A stretch of 32,000 bases of DNA from Cereibacter sphaeroides 2.4.1 (lineage in GTDB: Bacteria > Pseudomonadota > Alphaproteobacteria > Rhodobacterales > Rhodobacteraceae). Of the stretch, positions 9,405-16,549 are shown in pieces; the stretch's first letter is position 1; the number at the start of each line of letters is the position of its first letter. The translations under genes were made by a program, and so were the position numbers. Under the pieces are notes generated by a model, which saw only the letters and a program-made list of their open reading frames with translations, ran no database searches and was not told the origin of the DNA. The stretch lies in NCBI RefSeq assembly GCF_000012905.2, contig NC_007493.2, positions 540,001-572,000 of the forward strand, read 5' to 3'.

Positions 9405-10145
9405 TCACAGCGCACCGCTGAGCAGGGGTTCCTCCTGATCCAGATAGGCCATGTCGAAATCGGCCAGTCGCACCAGCTCCGCCGGGTCGAGGAACTCCGC
9501 CTTTCCCTTCTGGAACCTCATCAGGTCCGCCTCCCGAAAGCCGCGAAGCACCCGGTTCACATGGATCGCGGTCAACCCGAGCGCATCGGCCAGATGATAC
9601 TGCGACAGCGGGCAGTCGAAGGAGGTGGCGGTTGCGAAACCGACGAGCCGCAGCCTCGCGTGGAGTTCGAGGAAGAAATGCGCCAGCCGCTCTCGCGGGC
9701 CGCGGCGGCCGACGCCCACCAGATGCTCGACCACCATCGCCTCGTCGCGCGAGGCGGCCCAGAGCACGGCCGCCGCAAGACGGGGCGCGCGATTGAAGCC
9801 TCCGACGAGATCCTGGATCGAGACTTCCGAGGCTTCGATCCTCGTCACGGGCATGATGTTGTGATCGGATGTGCGGAACAAGAGCGACCGAAGTCCGAGA
9901 AAGTCGCCCGGGATCTGGAAATCGACGATCTGCCGGCGCCCGTCGGGCAGCAGCTTGTAGGACGATGTCCAGCCGGAAGCGAGGACGTAGGCCGAGCGGC
10001 GCTCCTGCCCCTGATGGATCACGTCCTGCCCCGGCGGAAAGACGCGGAGGCGTCGGGAGACGGCTTCGAGAACCGCCAACTCGTCATCGGACAGCACGGC
10101 AAAAGCACCGAGTTTTCGGGCAAGAGGGCGAAGTTCGATTGGCAT
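9405..10145 (-). CDS. Crp/Fnr-family transcriptional regulator
   Basis: It has an N-terminal cNMP-binding-like beta-barrel (VFPPGQDVIHQGQERRSAYVLASGW...) and a C-terminal HTH (PLSQYHLADALGLTAIHVNRVLRGFRE). The start was taken at the ATG at 10145 (MPIELRPLARK...). Confidence 0.85.
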   Translation of the reverse strand: MPIELRPLARKLGAFAVLSDDELAVLEAVSRRLRVFPPGQDVIHQGQERRSAYVLASGWTSSYKLLPDGRRQIVDFQIPGDFLGLRSLLFRTSDHNIMPVTRIEASEVSIQDLVGGFNRAPRLAAAVLWAASRDEAMVVEHLVGVGRRGPRERLAHFFLELHARLRLVGFATATSFDCPLSQYHLADALGLTAIHVNRVLRGFREADLMRFQKGKAEFLDPAELVRLADFDMAYLDQEEPLLSGAL

Positions 10146-10301
10146 GGCGTCCCCGGGCCTTCGCAGTGCGGCTGAGTTCGAAACTATCACGGGGTTGCCC
10201 GATCATGCTGCTCTCGATCAGTGCCGGCCTTGCGAACGCTGCCATACTCCACGGGCTCGGTTGCGAGGCATATGCCCAGCACCCTGTCGGAGAGGCCCAA
10301 A

Positions 10302-10538
10302 ATGCCCATGCATCCTCCGGACTCTGCCGGGGTCGCGGCCCTCGCGATCTGCGAGGCCCTGCTCCTCTCCCTGCTAGACAGGAAGATCCTTCCCGAGGCC
10401 GAGATACTGGGCATCCTCGAGGATGCCGCGGCGGCCCACACCGCGCATCCCGATGACGGCGATGCCGAACTGCACCGGGCCGCTGCCCGGCTGATCGCCG
10501 GGATCAGGATCGGACAGATCATGCCGCGTCGGCGATGA
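10302..10538 (+). CDS. hypothetical 78-aa protein, divergent from the Crp/Fnr gene
   Basis: The ATG at 10302 is preceded by GGAGAGG (10289-10295, 6-nt spacer). The product MPMHPPDSAGVAALAICEALLLSLLDRKILPEAEILGILEDAAAAH... looks helical. I do not recognise a family. Confidence 0.4.
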   Translation: MPMHPPDSAGVAALAICEALLLSLLDRKILPEAEILGILEDAAAAHTAHPDDGDAELHRAAARLIAGIRIGQIMPRRR

Positions 10539-10717
10539 GGGATCCCGGTGCGGCACCTCTGGCTGAGGTCCGCAACAGGCGAGGACATTCTACGGTGCCG
10601 ATTGAAGCGATGACGTTCGGACAGTCTGTTTTCATGACGGCGGACCGGCTCTTCCGAGAGGAAGGACCGGTCCTCATTCCCGGGGGCAGAACCGGGAGCC
10701 TTCCCGCAGACCTGCGG

Positions 10718-10927
10718 TCATTTCCGGCCGGATTTGCGGACCGGCTTCGGTGCCGGAGGCTGGGCCGCGAGCGCCGCATCGCGTTCGAGCCGTGCCGACC
10801 TCAGCCGCGCGACCTGCGCATTCCGCGCATCGGTTTCGGCGGCAATGATCGCCTTCGCTGCGGCGTCGGCGCGCTGCGCGGCTTGGCCGGGACCGGATCG
10901 GGGGGGATCGGACTTGGGAGATCGCAT
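10718..10927 (-). CDS. hypothetical 69-aa basic, Ala-rich protein
   Basis: The ATG at 10927 is preceded by AAGGAG. The central ...AAKAIIAAETDARNAQVARLRSARLERDAA... helix and Lys/Arg tail resemble small orphan proteins I recall from alphaproteobacterial accessory regions. Confidence 0.45.
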   Translation of the reverse strand: MRSPKSDPPRSGPGQAAQRADAAAKAIIAAETDARNAQVARLRSARLERDAALAAQPPAPKPVRKSGRK

Positions 10928-11506
10928 TCCTGCTCCTTGGTTCGCTGTCGGGATCGATCGTTTCGCGCAGGTTCCGGCGGCCCCGGAGGTCGGGCGAACA
11001 TGCGCTGCCTCGCGATCTGCGCGGCGCCCGGTTCAGGGCTTCTTCGCGGCGCCGGAACCGGACGACGGAGAGAGGACCGAATGGGCGCTCGCTACCGCGA
11101 CAACGACGGGCGTCTTCTTCGGTTGTTTCGGCTTTTTCGCCTGCCGGTTTCCGCGGATGTCCATGCCCTTGGCCACTTGGCTCTCCATTCGAAGGGTTCC
11201 GGCGGGGAGGTGCCGGTCGAGGCAGCAGAAGACGAGCCGCGGGTCCTTAACACAGGAGGAGAGCGCCGAAGGTCGCCCCCATGCCGCACGGCAGATGGAT
11301 CATGGCCGGGACGGAAGCCCACGGCCCTGGACCCTTGCACCTATCGTCAGATGGGGATGAGGGGGAGGCGGCACAAGGGCTGATCGCGAGACGGCCCTTC
11401 AGGGCGACATGCCATGCGGCGCCCGGCTGCACGCATCAGCATCTCGCACCCGCCTTCGATCCGCCGATCAGGAAGCACCGCGCGGCAGGTCATGAGGAGA
11501 GAGGAC

Positions 11507-12244
11507 ATGGAACTGCGGGCCATCCATTGGGACGTTTCCTTCCGGAGCGCCTTCCGCCTCGGCGACAACCTCCTTCCGCCGGGGACATACGAGATTTGCG
11601 CCGAGGTCGCTGGTGCTCTGGCGCCCAAGGAAGTTTGCTGGCAACGGATCCAGTTCTACATCACGATCGAGCGCTCGATCGGGCGCGAGCGGCGTCCGAT
11701 CGATCTTCGCGCCCTCGATGACGCCCTGCGGCGGGATCGCGCTCTGGGCGCCACTGCAAGTGCGAAGCTCGTGCCGGATGCGTGCGACCCGACTACGCAC
11801 GCGAGACCGCTCCGGACCATCGCCGCGTGCGGCCCGGAGCGCGAGCGAACCCGAGACAGGAGGACCTCCATGGCCCAACGCATCGTCCGATCCACCGCGG
11901 TGTTCCTGCGACCGTTTCATCTGCCGGGCTATGACGCGGAGCTTCCGGCTGGCAGATACCAGCTTGATACCGAGATCCGTCCTCCTGCGGGCATGACGGA
12001 TCCGGCAGCATGGCGGGCATCGGTGGTGATCCATCTTCATCCCACGACTGAGATGCCCAACCTCGCCCGGGCTCTGACCGTGCGGCTGGCCGACATCGAC
12101 GCGGCGATCGCGCGCGACGAAGCTTCGGGCCAATCGCTCGATCGGTTCTTCCTGCAGGCGATGCTGGACGATCCCATGATCCGGATGGTCATGGAGTCTG
12201 ACGGCGTCACCGAGGCCGACTTGCGCCGCCTCTATGAGCCTTGA
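11507..12244 (+). CDS. hypothetical protein made of two homologous ~100-aa modules (possibly two fused genes)
   Basis: The ATG at 11507 has an AGGAGA Shine-Dalgarno upstream. The two modules share F..F.L......LP.G.Y....E ... L..A..RD.A. An internal ATG at 11870 has a perfect AGGAGG 6 nt upstream. Confidence 0.55.
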   Translation: MELRAIHWDVSFRSAFRLGDNLLPPGTYEICAEVAGALAPKEVCWQRIQFYITIERSIGRERRPIDLRALDDALRRDRALGATASAKLVPDACDPTTHARPLRTIAACGPERERTRDRRTSMAQRIVRSTAVFLRPFHLPGYDAELPAGRYQLDTEIRPPAGMTDPAAWRASVVIHLHPTTEMPNLARALTVRLADIDAAIARDEASGQSLDRFFLQAMLDDPMIRMVMESDGVTEADLRRLYEP

Positions 12245-12558
12245 TCCGCTTCACACGCCCTGATCCGTCGCACCCCGCGGCGGCATGCTTCTGGATAAAC
12301 CGCGAACCTGCCGTCTGAAGACGCGCCTCGCCATCCGGCCCGCCGTGCTGTAGGGTAGGTCTGAGCCTGGACTTCTCTTCCACAGCCTCTCTGACACCTC
12401 CGATGCGGCGATCTGGATGCGCTTCGACGTCGGGTCTTCATGATCATCACCTGACAGGAAGGACTCGACCATGAGCAACCGCCGGCCTCCCATCCTATTG
12501 CCACGCCAGCGCCGGGGCCTCGTCTTTGGCTTCCTCGGACCGACAGGGGGCGACAATA

Positions 12559-13263
12559 TCAACAGCCTGCCGGTGCGCCCCGTGCCTCTGTCGCTCGCAA
12601 CCCGGAAGTGGCGCTCGGGGCTGGGCTGGCGCGAGTTCCTCGCGCTGCAGGGGGGACGTCCTCCACGTCGTACCAGCCGGAAATTCTGGCAGGTATGGTT
12701 CTGAGCTGCAGAACTCGGAACGACGGAATGAACCGCTGCCGGTTTCGCGGCAGCAAGTTGAACCTGTCTGCGCAGCGGGACCCCTGCCGAAGGCGCTGAG
12801 GGTGCCCGCTGAAGGCTGAGGAGACGGACGTTCTCGCCCCAGACCTTGAAGCCGCCGAGGCGCGTCGCCGCCCGGCGCAGGGTCGTGAGGTCGCCGAACT
12901 CGTCCCCCGCCAGATAGCTGACGTCGACCTGAAGGCCCGCGACCTTGTCCGTGCCTCGACGGCCGCGTCATGCTCCTCGGTCGCTGCGGCCAGCGCCAAT
13001 TCGATGTCCTCGAACGCCAGCTCCATCTGGTCGGGGTGGAGCTTCTCGGACCGCGGCCCGAAGCGCGCCCGCTGGAGTTCCCGGACCAGATGCTCGAGCC
13101 GGGCGTTGCGGGTCCTCAGCTCGGCGTTCTCCACCGCGAGCGCCTGGACCTGCGCCTCGAGCGCCGCGCGCAGGGCGGCGGAAGCTGGGCCAGAAGGTCG
13201 GGATCGAGCGCCGGCGGCATGGGTCGAGTTTACCTGACTGCACGCCGAACCCCAGCAAAACAA
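12559..13263 (-). pseudogene. tnpC: IS66 transposase TnpC, N-terminal remnant only
   Basis: ...LEAQVQALAVENAELRTRNARLEHLVRELQRARFGPRSEKLHPDQMELAFEDIELALAAA is the IS66 TnpC leucine-zipper N-terminus. Past about 12960 the similarity dissolves into several frames, and there is no room for the roughly 350-aa DDE domain. Confidence 0.7.
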
Positions 13264-13273
13264 GGTGCTTGAT

Positions 13274-13670
13274 TCAACTCGCCGCAGCCGGAGGAAGCAC
13301 CCGCTGCGCCATCACCCGCCGCCAGTCCAGCCCTTCGGAGAGTGCCTCGAACTGCGCCCGCGACAGCCGCATTGTCCCGTCCTGCACCTTCGGCCAGACG
13401 AAGGCGCCGCTCTCCAGCCGCTTGTAGATCAGCACCAGGCCGCTGCCGTCCCAGACCAGGATCTTCAGCCGGTCGCCGCGCCGGGAGCGGAAGATCACCG
13501 TCAGCCCGGAATGCGGGTCGAGCTTCAGCTCGTTCTGGACCTTCGCTGTCAGCCCGTTCGTCGGGAAAACGATCCACCGGATCGTTTTCTGATCCTCCTC
13601 ACTGACCACAGCGGAAGTCCACCGGTCGCGTGGCGATCACGATCGGCATCCTCTGGCCGGGGATGATCAT
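13274..13670 (-). pseudogene. tnpB: IS66 accessory protein TnpB, interrupted
   Basis: The ATG at 13670 gives MIIPGQRMPIVIATRPVDFRCGQ then a stop (13599-13601). The rest resumes in another frame (...NGLTAKVQNELKLDPHSGLTVIFRSRRGDRLKILVWDGSGLVLIYKRLESGAFVWP...), which is classic TnpB. Confidence 0.8.
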
Positions 13671-14067
13671 CCGCGCCGCGCCCCAGCGCCGCCGCGATCT
13701 CCGCCACGCGGGCCGCCGGCGTCGAGCCGGACACGCGGATCGTCACGCCGCCCGCCTCGATCTCGATCCGCTCGTCGGGAGGGACCCGAGGCGCTCGCGG
13801 CGCGGCGTCCACCATCAGCGGCACGAACTCGGCCGTCTCGGGAAAACCCGGCGCCTCCACGGGCAAGCCGAACCGCCCCTCCCGAGCCATCCGGCGCCAG
13901 GTCGTGAGTTGAGACGGAAGGAGCCGATACTTCCGCACCACGTCCTCGACGCGCATCCCCGGCACGTAGCTCTCCATCACGATCCAGAGCTTCTCCTCGT
14001 CCGGCCAAGTCCGCCGCCCCATCGGCTCGTCCAGGATCTGGAACGACCCGACATATCCCTCGCCCAT
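13549..14067 (-). CDS. tnpA: IS66 accessory protein TnpA (reads through the usual tnpA/tnpB junction)
   Basis: GGAGAA Shine-Dalgarno plus ATG at 14067. RRTWPDEEKLWIVMESYVPGMRVEDVVRKYRLLPSQLTTWRR is the TnpA HTH, and FVPLMV...IEIEAGGVTIRV is the conserved tail. There is no stop at the canonical ATGA overlap with tnpB (13667-13670), so the ORF runs on to 13549. Confidence 0.7.
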   Translation of the reverse strand: MGEGYVGSFQILDEPMGRRTWPDEEKLWIVMESYVPGMRVEDVVRKYRLLPSQLTTWRRMAREGRFGLPVEAPGFPETAEFVPLMVDAAPRAPRVPPDERIEIEAGGVTIRVSGSTPAARVAEIAAALGRGADDHPRPEDADRDRHATGGLPLWSVRRIRKRSGGSFSRRTG

Positions 14068-14098
14068 GACTATTCTCCACGCTGTCTCGCGCGAAGGA

Positions 14099-14156
14099 TC
14101 CGCCAACGCGCGTCAAGCCGGAAGCAAAGACATCAACGGGGAAGACCACCGCTTAC
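14099..14156 (-). repeat. IS66-type terminal inverted repeat plus leader (tnpA-proximal end of the decayed IS66)
   Basis: The minus strand reads GTAAGCGGTGGTCTTCCCCGTTGATGTCTTTGCTTCCGGCTTGACGCGCGTTGGCGGA. GTAAGCG is the usual IS66 terminal sequence. Confidence 0.75.
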
Positions 14157-14687
14157 GTTGAGGCGAAAGTCATTAGGAACTCAATTGTCTTCTCGGCGAC
14201 ATGGAGGACAAGAGCCGCGTTGCTGCGAAGAAGGCCCTGATGCGCCTGTGCACTTTCCAAGTGGCAGCCGGGATGCCGGAAAAGGCAGAGAGTCCATGCC
14301 TGCGGATCCTGTAGTCTACCGCATCGACCTGAAGGTCCCGGACAGTCTGAAGGCAGCCATTACGACCGTCGAGGGCGCCAACCGCCTTGTGCCAGCGGGC
14401 ACCGCCTAATCCCGCAACCTGTCGCCAGTTTGCGCTGTCTTCGTTCGGAAGCTGGGGGAGCAGCGCGACACTCTGGGTGAGGGAGACGCGACAATGGGTG
14501 CCATCAGGACCCGCTTCTCAACCCTCGGCAGGTCCGAGATCGAGGCCGTCGCCTGAACAGCCACGGGAAAGGGGCCTTTCGGCCAGAACGCCGCTTTGCG
14601 CAACAACGCCGTGCCATTGCACCATGCCTTGCAGGAGCACGCCGCTCATCCTAAGGCTGGTATCCTGTGAGTTGGATGGAGTGCATC

Positions 14688-15140
14688 ATGATAACCAGAA
14701 CTACCCCAAGGATGGACATAGTTAGGCAGCATTGTCGGTTGAGCATCTCGGATATTGCTGCAGAGGCCGCGGCGCGATCCTCATCCATTGAGGAGAAGAT
14801 CGCCGCCTCGGGACTTGAGCCTTCGGGGCCATGGATATTCGTGTCACATAACCTGCCGCAGGATGCTGAAACCCTGTTCGACTGGGAAATCTGGCGGCCT
14901 GTTGCCGGCTTGCCAAATGAAGCCACTGCGATGGAAGTCGAGCATATTCCCTCGGCACGAGTTGCCAGTCGACTATTTCGCGGCATCTTGGCGGAGATAT
15001 TTACGTGTGGCTATCTTCCGCTTCTGACGGAGATTGCAGAGGAGGGTCTTGCTCTTTCTGGCGAGAGCCGGGAAATCTATCACCAATGGAGCGGCCCGGA
15101 GGAAAAAGCCGAAGTCGAGATTCAATTCGTCCTGGCCTAG
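14688..15140 (+). CDS. GyrI-like / AraC-effector-binding-type small-molecule-binding domain protein (stand-alone)
   Basis: A GGAG sits 6 nt before the ATG at 14688. The pattern ...GLEPSGPWIFVSH...DWEIWRPV...VEHIPSARVASRLFRG...GYLPLLTEIAEEGLALSGESREIY...VEIQFVL fits the duplicated beta-alpha-beta-beta GyrI-like fold. The gene is AT-rich and foreign-looking. The call is from pattern memory only. Confidence 0.5.
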   Translation: MITRTTPRMDIVRQHCRLSISDIAAEAAARSSSIEEKIAASGLEPSGPWIFVSHNLPQDAETLFDWEIWRPVAGLPNEATAMEVEHIPSARVASRLFRGILAEIFTCGYLPLLTEIAEEGLALSGESREIYHQWSGPEEKAEVEIQFVLA

Positions 15141-15593
15141 GGCGTAAGCGCACGTACCGATAGCCACGCGAAGATCATTGCGAAAGGAAGCACCATGGCC
15201 GTGATGTTTCCCAGGCGAGATGCTCCGCTCGCATCGCCTCGACCTGTTAGGGCAGGAAGAGGGAGAGGTTCGCTTTCCGGAGAACGCGCCACAATTTCAT
15301 GGTAGGAATATCGTGCGGCCTTTGATTGAAGTCTGGGCGGCCCACACGGAAACAATGGTGGTAATGGAGATCGCGACCCCGACGAGGGAGAGGATGCCAA
15401 CGAAGTTTGACGCGAATACTTCAAGATTCTGCTCTGTGGTGTCCCCTGCGGCCTTAATGGAAAGCGCAGCGGCGGCGAAAAGAAATGAATTGAGAGATAT
15501 GAACCATGACATTCGTTGATTTACAAGATTGTTTTCACCTTCGATTTTCTTTGCGTACAGTTCAAACAATTTAATCCTGTCGATTCCTTCCAT
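15137..15593 (-). pseudogene. multi-TM membrane protein of unknown family, apparently frameshifted at an A-run
   Basis: GAGG Shine-Dalgarno plus ATG at 15593. The product is MEGIDRIKLFELYAKKIEGENNLVNQRMSWFISLNSFLFAAAALSI...FVGILSLVGVAISITTIVSVWAAQTSIK, then a stop at 15297. Removing one A from the AAA run (plus-strand ttt 15321-15323) joins it to ...AARYSYHEIVA...NITAMVLPFAMIFAWLSV (ORF 15137..15424), adding a third TM segment. Confidence 0.5.
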
Positions 15594-16147
15594 TTCTGCC
15601 TCGCGATTGAATGCAGGATGCTCGAAAAATAATGGCGCCGAATAACATTGACGGGATTCGGTCGTGGTTGCAAGGTGAACAATTCTTGCCGGCAGCATTG
15701 TATCGGCGGCTCGGCCCGACCGATCGCGATCCATGCAGCAAGCATCATGATCTGCGGGGCGTCAAACCAGCCGTGGCGGCGCGAGCGGCCTGACTGCCGC
15801 TGCGCTGCGCCGGCCGCGGCAGTTCGGCTTGCGCCCGCCTGACCCGCAATCTGCGCTTCTCGACCCGAAGGCGCAGGGCATCAAGCTGGCCAAAGCGGCC
15901 GGCCTCATGAAGACACGATAGCCGTCGCCGGTAAGCTCGGCGCCGTTCTCCGCGCATGCGCAGGACAAATATGCCGTTCCGCTGCCCGGCTGTAGCGCCA
16001 AGACCCGCCATCGTTTATAATTGAAGCTGGCGCGCTCAATGATTTGAACCAATGAGGTATGGTGATTAATGCTAAGGCCTTATCTTTGCATAATCGCTGC
16101 TTCCTGCGCTGGCGCCGGTCCAACGTCGACATCGGGAGGGGATGGCA

Positions 16148-16549
16148 ATGGCCTCTGAGAGTGAACTCGGACATGCAGCCCCATCGTGGTTCTCCGCACC
16201 GGGAGAGACCGACTTTCTGGCATGGGTCACTGCCGTTCTGATAATACTCGCCTTGTTCGGTCTAATCACATTGTATGCTGCCTTTGATCGGTGGGCGGAG
16301 CATAAGTCGAGCGGAACGCCGCTGGCCAAGACGATCCCGACGCTGCTCACTATCGCGCTTCTATATGAAATTTTCCCTCTGGATCATGTCAGTGCGCTCC
16401 TGCCGCTCAGTGCCATCCTGATCGCGCTCGCCGCAGATTGGTCTCGGTTCCACCTCGTCGGCCCGCTGACGCCTGGAAACGCCGCCACGCAATCGGACGG
16501 GCGGACCGGCGACCCGACAGAAGCCGAAGGAGAGTCTGGGCATGCTTGA
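16148..16549 (+). CDS. small inner-membrane protein (about 3 TM), possibly DUF3302/YiaW-like
   Basis: GGGAGG (16134-16139) precedes the ATGs at 16142 and 16148. TM segments are FLAWVTAVLIILALFGLITLYAAF, IPTLLTIALLYEIF and ALLPLSAILIALAA. The stop overlaps the start of the downstream HlyD-type gene by 8 nt. Confidence 0.55.
   Translation: MASESELGHAAPSWFSAPGETDFLAWVTAVLIILALFGLITLYAAFDRWAEHKSSGTPLAKTIPTLLTIALLYEIFPLDHVSALLPLSAILIALAADWSRFHLVGPLTPGNAATQSDGRTGDPTEAEGESGHA

Larger units (their letters stand above)
12559..14156 (-). mobile_element. decayed IS66-family insertion sequence (tnpA, broken tnpB, truncated tnpC); only one terminus retained
   Basis: It shows the canonical IS66 gene order and a terminal GTAAGCGG... 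repeat at 14156. The DDE part of tnpC and the far terminus are absent, so the left limit is approximate. Confidence 0.75.

Noticed and set aside
11033-11188. 51-aa minus-strand ORF MESQVAKGMDIRGNRQAKKPKQPKKTPVVVAVASAHSVLSPSSGSGAAKKP, not in the track.
   Set aside because: It is not reported as a feature. It has no convincing Shine-Dalgarno before either ATG and is too short to judge by composition. It is kept only as a candidate inside the Crp-cluster finding.
12457-12470. GGAAGGACTCGACC, partially matching the tRNA T-arm/acceptor region (GGAGGGACTCGAAC), considered as a degenerate attR.
   Set aside because: Only about 12 of 14 positions match, there is no similarity in the flanks, and the extreme 3' acceptor/CCA part is missing. 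A chance match is plausible in 32 kb.
12251-12562. 103-aa minus-strand ORF between the duplicated ORF and the IS66 remnant.
   Set aside because: I recognise no motifs, it uses several codons rare for this genome (AGA, AGT, TTA), it has no Shine-Dalgarno, and it lies in a zone of IS66 tnpC debris. It is probably non-coding.
14157-14687. Short broken ORFs between the IS66 terminus and the GyrI-like gene. Examples are the 37-aa MEDKSRVAAKKALMRLCTFQVAAGMPEKAESPCLRIL and MPADPVVYRIDLKVPDSLKAAITTVEGANRLVPAGTA, whose LKVPDSLKAAI resembles a ribbon-helix-helix strand.
   Set aside because: Both are too short for a complete RHH or HTH domain, they are in different frames, and there is no partner toxin-like ORF. 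They may be debris of a lost regulator, but that is not supportable from sequence alone.
15145-15151. GTAAGCG heptamer at the shared stop of the convergent GyrI-like and membrane genes, considered as a third IS66 terminus.
   Set aside because: There is no similarity to the IS66 termini beyond the 7-mer, and a few chance occurrences of a 7-mer are expected on two strands of 32 kb.
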